DNA of 60,697 bases, counting the filler, from Porpidia crustulata (lineage: Eukaryota): the NCBI GenBank assembly GCA_964255105.1. It is 8 parts of 8 records of this genome, joined end to end, with 100 filler letters (N's around TTAATTAATTAA, not from the genome) between each part and the next. Parts side by side here need not be neighbours in the genome. Positions count along the whole stretch, not along the records: positions 53,205 to 60,697 come from CAXUWE010001310.1; 7 more parts are not named here. One strand, written 5' to 3'. The translations under genes and the position numbers were made by a program. Each line of letters starts with the position of its first letter. Position 1 is the stretch's first letter. The notes under the pieces were generated by a model, which worked only from the letters and a program-made list of their open reading frames with translations, made no database searches and had not been told where the DNA came from. This document shows, piece after piece, positions 60,582-60,697 of the stretch.

Positions 60582-60697
60582 ATGGGTCTCGAACGAGTGT
60601 CGAGTTTCTTCAAGACAAGCAAATCCCAGAAGAACCCCAGCATCTCGTCAACCTCGACCACCTCATCCACTAAGCTCTCGCCCAAAGAACCCAAGCC
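60582..60697 (+). CDS. Possible 5' start of a gene (truncated by window end)
   Basis: ATG after a pyrimidine-rich tract; frame MGLERVSSFFKTSKSQKNP... is open to the end. Confidence 0.35.
   Translation, partial: MGLERVSSFFKTSKSQKNPSISSTSTTSSTKLSPKEPK

Overview
Nuclear DNA of a filamentous ascomycete (Pezizomycotina; inferred from the gene set and short GT-AG introns with CTRAY branch points). The window is not one locus. It is eight unrelated ~7.5 kb contigs, sorted by decreasing length (7511, 7510, 7500, 7497, 7496, 7496, 7494, 7493 bp) and joined by artificial 100-bp linkers (N44-TTAATTAATTAA-N44), so adjacency across linkers is meaningless. Recognisable genes: HSP104, a GPI-type cell-wall protein, DAD4 (5 tiny exons, absent from the ORF track), ARP5, kapC bZIP, a zf-HIT protein, a Ras-like+RasGEF protein, MOCS1/cnxABC, a second bZIP, a secreted stand-alone RNase T2 C-terminal-like domain, a RING pseudogene, a CLIP-170 homolog, ENV7/STK16 kinase, a C2 protein, MRI1, a kelch membrane protein, MLH3, the divergent FET3/FTR1 pair with SreA-type GATA sites, and a BTB-like protein. 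The most unusual feature is a ~0.9 kb non-coding, hairpin-dense element at the end of contig 2 (14216-15121). It carries three 43-nt copies of a three-way-junction RNA motif with a tRNA-like T-arm and compensatory base changes. Also notable are two overlapping 5' splice sites at the MOCS1A stop codon, predicted to give either free MOCS1A or a read-through fusion. All gene models were spliced by eye; no database searches were run.
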